From an uncultured virus (IMG/VR IMGVR_UViG_2636416135_000002) (Duplodnaviria > Heunggongvirae > Uroviricota > Caudoviricetes), in the IMG/VR virus record IMGVR_UViG_2636416135_000002: DNA of 20,000 bases; one strand, 5' to 3'. Of the stretch, positions 14,286 to 20,000 are shown in pieces; position 1 is the stretch's first letter, and each line of letters starts with the position of its first letter. A model generated the notes under the pieces. That model saw only the letters and a program-made list of their open reading frames with translations, was not told the DNA's origin and did not search any database. The translations under genes and the position numbers were made by a program.

Positions 14286-17200
14286 ATGAATCAAAAAGAA
14301 AAATACTATGCCAGCGTAGCTGCAAGTACGATTAAGGAAATCTCAAGCAGTGTGGAATCATGGACTTCGTTTCTTACGACGATGGGAAAGAACTATGATT
14401 TCAGCTATCCGGATCAAGTGATGATCCATGCCCAGCGACCGAATGCGACGCTATGTATGGAATTTGACCAGTGGAAAGAAGAAAAGTACAGATATGTGAA
14501 GCGAGGCTCTAAAGGAATCGCCTTGTTCGTTACGGATAGCGAAAAACCTTATCTTAGATATGTATTTGATGTTTCGGATACCGGCAGCCGAAGAAATTCT
14601 CGTGAGCTTGAAAAACTATGGAAATTTGATGACATTCATCGTATTCCGATTCAAGAAGCTATGGAGAAAGCTTATGGAGCTAAAAAAGAATGGAACATGG
14701 AAATGCAGCTTCAAAATGTTGCAGAAAAGCTTGCGGAAGAATATTTCAACGACAGAAGAAACGAGATGGCTGACATCATTGCGGAATCTTTCTTAGAAGG
14801 TTATGATGAACTTAACATAGAAGTAGCCTTTACAAGAGCAGTATCAACAAGCGTTGCCTACAGCCTTTATTCAAGATTGACGGATAATGCGGAAGCCTAC
14901 TTCGATGAGGAAGATTTCAGAAATATCTTTGAATTCAACACAAGGAAAAGCATCAATGCTTTAGGTACAGCAGTCAGCACAATCAGTACCGAGATGTTTC
15001 TTGAAATCGAAAAGACAGTGATTGCATTTGAACAACAAAAAGAGGTCGAAAGGAGCGAGAGATATGACGACACAGATGAACTACAGCCAGATTGGAGAAT
15101 ATTTGATTCCGGAAATTCAGTTACAGAACACAGAAGCGAAGCCATTGGGAAAATACGCAAGGATGAGGAGAGCGTTCCTCAAGGAGAACAAACCGATGAC
15201 TTACAACGACATGATTTTGACGGAGACATTGTTTCCGCACCTTTGGGAAGTGGACGAAACAGCGAACAAGAGAATGGAAGTGCTGATGAGCCAGTTGCTG
15301 GAGAAGAATCCGGCACCGAGCAAGAAGGAAAACCAGATGTCTTGGGTGCAGCACATGAACGCACTAAAGGCACAAGCCGAAGAAATGATTATGACGGAGT
15401 TAATCAACAACTAACCTTAGACCTGTTCCTAAGCGAGCAGGAACAGATCAGATGGATAGATGAAGCGGAGAGCGTAGAAAGCAATGCGACCTTCGCTTTT
15501 TCTTTTGCCCAAGAAGATATTGATACCATCCTGATCCATGGAAGCAATACTGATAATGCCAGAATGATGGTTGCGACAGAATTTATGAAGCAGAAATCAG
15601 CTGATGAAATTGCTGAAAGCTTGAAAACAATCTATCATGGCGGATACGGTCTTAAAACAAGTAGAGGTGCGGTTTCTGCTTGGTATGGAGAAGATGGCAT
15701 TCACTTGGCTAAGGGAAATACAGCAAGATATTCTGATGTGAATATCATTTCTTGGAAAGAAGCGGCAGAGCGTATCAGTGAACTGCTTGAAAACGGGCAG
15801 TTCGCAACCAATGTGGAGCTTGTTGAAGCAGAAAACTTTGAAAAAACACAGATTGCACAGAAACTGTGGTATCTTGTGCGTGATTTCAGCGATGAAAGCA
15901 AGGAACTTCATCTTTTTCCAAGTCTTTCAGATATCAGAGGCATTGGATTTCCGAATGAAACCAAGGAGCTTGCTCAAAAACTGAATGATACTCACTTCTG
16001 CAATCAGCTAGCTGCTGAATATGAAGATTTTATCCGGAAGTACGAAGCAGACAGAAGCATTCTTCGTTTTCACTATCATCGTGTATATGATTTGGAAAAA
16101 TCAATCAAAGAACTTTTTCTTGAACGAAGGAACTATCAAACTGAAATGTTCGACTTCCCTGAAAGAAAAACCTTTATTACGGACGATGAAATCAACGCAG
16201 ACCTTGCAAGAGGCAGCGGCTTTTCCGGTGGAAAAGGAAGAATCTATGATTATTTTACGGAAAGCCACGATACGAAAAGCAAGGCAGACTTTTTGAAAAA
16301 TGAGTTCGGTACAGGTGGTCATTCTCATGCCTTGTCCGGTGCGACTCATAGCGGACAGGATCATAGTGCCAAAGGAATTGTTTATAAAAAAGAGGGCTGT
16401 GAAACTGTCAATCTGAACTGGACGCAGGTAGCAAACCGTATCAGCGAGCTGATAAAAAAAGACCGTTATCTGACAGCTGAGGAGCTTGAAAAAAGACAAT
16501 TAAAAGAAGCCGAGCCATTAGGAGCTGAGGTGGTGAAAGAAGCGACAATAGAAGCAGATGAAGTTTTAGAAGACATTGCTGCTGAAGAAGTATTAGAGGA
16601 CTATCCTTTTGCGGTCGGTCAAAGAGTGTTTCTTGAAGGTACGGAGTTTGAGATTACAGAAATCAGAGAGCATGAAGTACAGCTTCTTGATCCGTCTTTG
16701 CTCTATCCGATCTTTCGAGTGGAAAGCAAAGCTGATTTTGAACGATTGGTGGAGCTTGAAGAAAAGAATGAAGAAATCAAAGAAGAAACTGTTGAGATAC
16801 CGGCAGCCAACTACACCATCAGCAACGAGCATTTAGGTGAAGGCGGTCCGAAACAGAAGTTTGCAAGAAACATTGAAGCAATAAAACTGCTTTATGACTT
16901 GGAAAAAGAAAATCGGAATGCGACTTTTGAAGAACAGGAGATATTGTCGAACTATGTCGGCTGGGGTGGACTTGCTGACGCATTTGACAGCAATAAGCCA
17001 AACTGGTCAAACGAATATCAGGAACTGAAGAATCTGCTTCCAGAAAAGGAATATGAGATGGCACGAGCTTCGACGCTGAACGCCCATTATACAAGTCCGG
17101 TAGTCATTAAGGCGATGTATGAAGCGTTGTCGCAGATGGGATTTAAAACAGGGAATATCTTGGAGCCATCTATGGGGATTGGCAACTTCTTTGGGCTTCT

Positions 17201-20000
17201 TCCGGAATCCATGAGAGGAAGCAATCTTTACGGAGTTGAGCTTGATTCTATCACTGGTCGTATTGCCAAAAAGCTTTACCCGAATGCTGATATTAAAATT
17301 AGCGGATTTGAAAAAACAGATCGAAGGGATTTCTATGATATATCTATCGGCAACGTGCCTTTCGGGAATTACAAGGTCAGTGACAAACCATACGACAAGC
17401 TTGGTTTTTCAATCCACAACTATTTCTTCGCTAAGGCTCTGGATCAAGTAAGACCGGGCGGTATCGTTGCTTTTGTTACAAGTCGCTATACGATGGATCA
17501 GCAGAGTCCCGATGTCAGACAATATCTTGCTCAAAGAGCAGAGCTTCTTGGTGCAGTCAGACTTCCCAACAACGCATTTAAAGCCAATGCCGGAACAGAT
17601 GTTGTGTCAGATATTATCTTCTTGCAGAAACGGGATCATCCGATTGACATTGAGCCGGATTGGGTGCATTTGGGACAGAGTGAAGATGGATTTGCCATTA
17701 ACAGCTATTTTGTCGAAAATCCTCAGATGGTGCTAGGAAGGCTTGAAAGTCAGTCAACCCAGTACGGTAAAGAAGAATGTACGGTTGCTCCGATTGAGGG
17801 TACAGAACTATCAGAGCTTTTAAGCAATGTAATCAAGAATATTAACGGAAGCTATGTTGAAGCAGAGGTATCGGAACAGCCACTTGTGGGAGCTGCGGAA
17901 ACTATTCCGGCAGCACCGGATGTAAAGAACTTCTCTTATGCTGTGGTTGATGATGAAATCTATTTCAGAGAAAACTCAGTGATGAGGCTTTGTGATTTCA
18001 ATGATACTGCCAAAGGCAGAATCAAAGGCATGGTAGAGCTGAGAAAAATCGTCAATGAGCTGATTGACTATCAGTTGAATGATTACTCCGACGAGGATAT
18101 CAAAACGAAGCAGAAAGAGTTGGATATAGCTTATGATGAATTTTCATCTAAGTATGGCTTGCTTAATTCAAGAGCCAACTCGATGGCATTTGCAGATGAT
18201 TCTTCCTACTACCTTTTATGCTCCCTTGAGAACATTGATGAAAACGGAAATCTTGAAAGTAAGGCGGATATGTTTACCAAAAGAACGATCCGACCGGAAG
18301 TTAACATTACAAGCGTGGATACGCCGATTGAAGCGTTGGCAATCTCCATCGGAGAAAGAGGTGTGGTAGATCTTCCGTATATGGCAGAGCTTGTAGGTAC
18401 GCCAGATGAATTTGAGGACATCATCAGCGAGCTAAAAGGTATCATTTTTAAAAATCCATTGGCTTCAGATAAGGATTTTGACGGGTGGCAGACTGCTGAT
18501 GAGTATTTGTCCGGCAATGTGCGTGAGAAGCTTAAAATCGCCCGTCTGGCAGTCCAAAACGATAACAGATATGCTTCTAATGTAGAGGCACTGGAAAAGG
18601 CACAGCCAAAGGATTTGGACGCTTCTGAGATTGATGTAAGAATCGGTGCAACATGGATCGACAAGGATTATATCCAGCAGTTCATGGAAGAAACATTTGA
18701 AACACCGTTCTATATGAGAAGAAGCATTGAAGTGAAATATGCTCCTTTGACAGCTGAGTGGCAGATTACGGGTAAATCCGTACCGGGCAGACATGATGTC
18801 AATGCATATGTAACCTATGGTACGGACAGAGCCAATGCTTATCGTATTTTGGAGGATTCTTTGAATCTGAAAGATGTGCGTATCTATGATACGATTGAAG
18901 AACCGGACGGAAAGCAGAAACGAGTGCTGAACAAAAAGGAAACGACGCTTGCTCAGCAGAAGCAGCAGGCAATCAAGGACGCTTTTCAAGACTGGATATG
19001 GAAAGATCCGAAAAGAAGGCAGGAGCTTGTTGCGAAGTATAATGAGATGTTCAACTCTACACGTCCTCGTGAGTTTGACGGTTCTCATATTCGCTTTGGT
19101 GGAATGAACCCGGATATCAAGCTGAGGGAACATCAGAAAAATGCGATTGCTCATGTCCTATATGGCGGCAATACTCTTCTCGCTCATGAAGTTGGTGCGG
19201 GAAAGACTTTTGAAATGGCAGCTTCTGCAATGGAAGCGAAACGATTAGGATTGTGTCAGAAATCGCTCTTTGTCGTGCCGAACCACTTGACGCTTCAATG
19301 GGCAAATGAATTTCTAAGGCTTTATCCAAGTGCCAAGCTGCTTGTAGCAAGCAAGAAAGACTTTGAAACAGCCAATCGAAAGAAGTTCTGTGCAAGGATC
19401 GCTACCGGTGATTATGACGCTGTGATTATCGGTCATTCGCAGTTTGAAAAGATACCGATTTCAGCAGAAAGACAAGAAAAGCTGCTAAGGGAGCAGATTG
19501 ATGAAATTGAAAATGCTTTAGCAGAAATGAAGTACCAAAGAGGTGAAAACTTTTCTATCAAGCAGATGGAAAAGACAAGAAAGTCGTTGCAGACAAGACT
19601 GGATAAGCTGCTTGCCAACGATAAGAAAGATGATGTCATTACCTTTGAACAGCTTGGTGTTGACCGTCTGTTCGTTGATGAAAGTCATAGCTTCAAGAAT
19701 TTATTCCTCTATACAAAAATGAGGAATGTAGCCGGCTTATCAACATCAGAGGCTCAGAAGTCATCAGATATGTTTATGAAGTGTCGCTATATGGACGAAC
19801 TGACAGACGGAAAAGGTGTCATCTTTGCAACAGGAACTCCCGTCAGCAACTCAATGACGGAGCTTTATACGGTTATGAGATATTTGCAGTACGGAACACT
19901 TCAGCAGAAGAGTTTGACGCATTTTGACTGTTGGGCTTCGACCTTTGGAGAAACAGCGACAGCAATAGAACTTGCTCCAGAGGGCTATACTTTAGTAGGA
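14286..20000 (+). CDS. Giant ArdC-N / N6-adenine methyltransferase / SNF2-like helicase (DarB-like), >=1905 aa, open at window end
   Basis: GGAGG RBS, ATG 14286, no in-frame stop seen to 20000. ArdC-N-like QVMIHAQRPNAT..YVKRGSKGI..YVFDVSDT; MTase LEPSMGIGNF (17160-17189) and GNVPF (17349-17363); helicase AHEVGAGKT (19182-19208), DESH (19677-19688), ATGTPVSNS. Confidence 0.93.
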   Translation, partial: MNQKEKYYASVAASTIKEISSSVESWTSFLTTMGKNYDFSYPDQVMIHAQRPNATLCMEFDQWKEEKYRYVKRGSKGIALFVTDSEKPYLRYVFDVSDTGSRRNSRELEKLWKFDDIHRIPIQEAMEKAYGAKKEWNMEMQLQNVAEKLAEEYFNDRRNEMADIIAESFLEGYDELNIEVAFTRAVSTSVAYSLYSRLTDNAEAYFDEEDFRNIFEFNTRKSINALGTAVSTISTEMFLEIEKTVIAFEQQKEVERSERYDDTDELQPDWRIFDSGNSVTEHRSEAIGKIRKDEESVPQGEQTDDLQRHDFDGDIVSAPLGSGRNSEQENGSADEPVAGEESGTEQEGKPDVLGAAHERTKGTSRRNDYDGVNQQLTLDLFLSEQEQIRWIDEAESVESNATFAFSFAQEDIDTILIHGSNTDNARMMVATEFMKQKSADEIAESLKTIYHGGYGLKTSRGAVSAWYGEDGIHLAKGNTARYSDVNIISWKEAAERISELLENGQFATNVELVEAENFEKTQIAQKLWYLVRDFSDESKELHLFPSLSDIRGIGFPNETKELAQKLNDTHFCNQLAAEYEDFIRKYEADRSILRFHYHRVYDLEKSIKELFLERRNYQTEMFDFPERKTFITDDEINADLARGSGFSGGKGRIYDYFTESHDTKSKADFLKNEFGTGGHSHALSGATHSGQDHSAKGIVYKKEGCETVNLNWTQVANRISELIKKDRYLTAEELEKRQLKEAEPLGAEVVKEATIEADEVLEDIAAEEVLEDYPFAVGQRVFLEGTEFEITEIREHEVQLLDPSLLYPIFRVESKADFERLVELEEKNEEIKEETVEIPAANYTISNEHLGEGGPKQKFARNIEAIKLLYDLEKENRNATFEEQEILSNYVGWGGLADAFDSNKPNWSNEYQELKNLLPEKEYEMARASTLNAHYTSPVVIKAMYEALSQMGFKTGNILEPSMGIGNFFGLLPESMRGSNLYGVELDSITGRIAKKLYPNADIKISGFEKTDRRDFYDISIGNVPFGNYKVSDKPYDKLGFSIHNYFFAKALDQVRPGGIVAFVTSRYTMDQQSPDVRQYLAQRAELLGAVRLPNNAFKANAGTDVVSDIIFLQKRDHPIDIEPDWVHLGQSEDGFAINSYFVENPQMVLGRLESQSTQYGKEECTVAPIEGTELSELLSNVIKNINGSYVEAEVSEQPLVGAAETIPAAPDVKNFSYAVVDDEIYFRENSVMRLCDFNDTAKGRIKGMVELRKIVNELIDYQLNDYSDEDIKTKQKELDIAYDEFSSKYGLLNSRANSMAFADDSSYYLLCSLENIDENGNLESKADMFTKRTIRPEVNITSVDTPIEALAISIGERGVVDLPYMAELVGTPDEFEDIISELKGIIFKNPLASDKDFDGWQTADEYLSGNVREKLKIARLAVQNDNRYASNVEALEKAQPKDLDASEIDVRIGATWIDKDYIQQFMEETFETPFYMRRSIEVKYAPLTAEWQITGKSVPGRHDVNAYVTYGTDRANAYRILEDSLNLKDVRIYDTIEEPDGKQKRVLNKKETTLAQQKQQAIKDAFQDWIWKDPKRRQELVAKYNEMFNSTRPREFDGSHIRFGGMNPDIKLREHQKNAIAHVLYGGNTLLAHEVGAGKTFEMAASAMEAKRLGLCQKSLFVVPNHLTLQWANEFLRLYPSAKLLVASKKDFETANRKKFCARIATGDYDAVIIGHSQFEKIPISAERQEKLLREQIDEIENALAEMKYQRGENFSIKQMEKTRKSLQTRLDKLLANDKKDDVITFEQLGVDRLFVDESHSFKNLFLYTKMRNVAGLSTSEAQKSSDMFMKCRYMDELTDGKGVIFATGTPVSNSMTELYTVMRYLQYGTLQQKSLTHFDCWASTFGETATAIELAPEGYTLVG
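15064..15414 (+). CDS. tnpV: TnpV-family protein (116 aa) nested in the +1 frame of the helicase gene
   Basis: AAAGGAG RBS at 15049-15055, ATG 15064. Sequence Y..IGEYLIP..PLGKYARMRRAFLKE..Y..MIL...L.PHL.EVDE.A..R...QMSWVQHMNALKAQAEEMI..ELI matches the TnpV pattern along its whole length. Confidence 0.8.
   Translation: MTTQMNYSQIGEYLIPEIQLQNTEAKPLGKYARMRRAFLKENKPMTYNDMILTETLFPHLWEVDETANKRMEVLMSQLLEKNPAPSKKENQMSWVQHMNALKAQAEEMIMTELINN
19980..20000 (+). mobile_element. Probable left end (attL) of a Tn4451/TnpX-type serine-recombinase element inserted in the helicase gene
   Basis: GA-GGGCTATACTTTAGTAGGA resembles the Tn4451 left terminus as I recall it (GA dinucleotide, then GGGCTATACTTTAATAG); contains the -10 box TATACT (19986-19991). 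Only 21 nt visible. Confidence 0.55.

Larger units (their letters stand above)
1..20000 (+). mobile_element. Internal segment of a Tn1549/CTn-like integrative conjugative element (T4SS module, accessory island, topB/polyvalent/helicase module); element ends not in window
   Basis: Co-oriented virD4-maff2-virB6-MTase-prgI-virB4-NlpC/P60-DUF4315-DUF4366-topB-helicase order typical of Firmicutes Tn1549-like ICEs. No integrase, relaxase or rep gene in the window, so a conjugative plasmid is not excluded. Confidence 0.85.

Noticed and set aside
14560..18369. Other short +1-frame ORFs inside the helicase gene (14560, 15778, 16021, 16609, 17236, 17467, 18133)
   Set aside because: Unlike the tnpV ORF they show no recognisable family pattern and I noticed no convincing RBS; expected off-frame by-products.
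18465..19154. 229-aa minus-strand ORF
   Set aside because: Antisense shadow of the conserved helicase region with no motifs.

Overview
The window lies entirely within the transfer region of a Firmicutes (Clostridia-like) integrative conjugative element with Tn1549/CTn-type gene order; all credible genes are on the + strand. Order: virD4/TraG coupling protein (5'-truncated), Maff2-like pilin, VirB6-like membrane protein, orphan MT-A70 methyltransferase, prgI, virB4, NlpC/P60 hydrolase, DUF4315-like and DUF4366-like genes. Next comes an AT-rich accessory island (about 8150-10800): a MerR regulator with two TipAS-like domains under a palindrome-containing promoter, four small uncharacterised ORFs, and one gene bracketed by a 43-bp direct repeat that folds as a terminator. 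After it come topB, LPD16 and YodL/DUF4316 polyvalent-domain genes, a TTRAP-like gene, and a >=1905-codon ArdC-N / N6-methyltransferase / SNF2 helicase (DarB-like) ORF. That ORF is absent from the ORF track because it has no stop in the window. Highlights: (1) a complete TnpV-like gene with its own strong RBS nested in the +1 frame of the helicase gene; (2) the last ~20 nt resemble the left end of a Tn4451/TnpX-type element inserted in the helicase gene; (3) the MerR-TipAS five-gene operon of unknown function; (4) the terminator-repeat-flanked cassette; (5) virB4 has no canonical start codon at its RBS. Family assignments come from motif recognition by eye and memory, not database searches.
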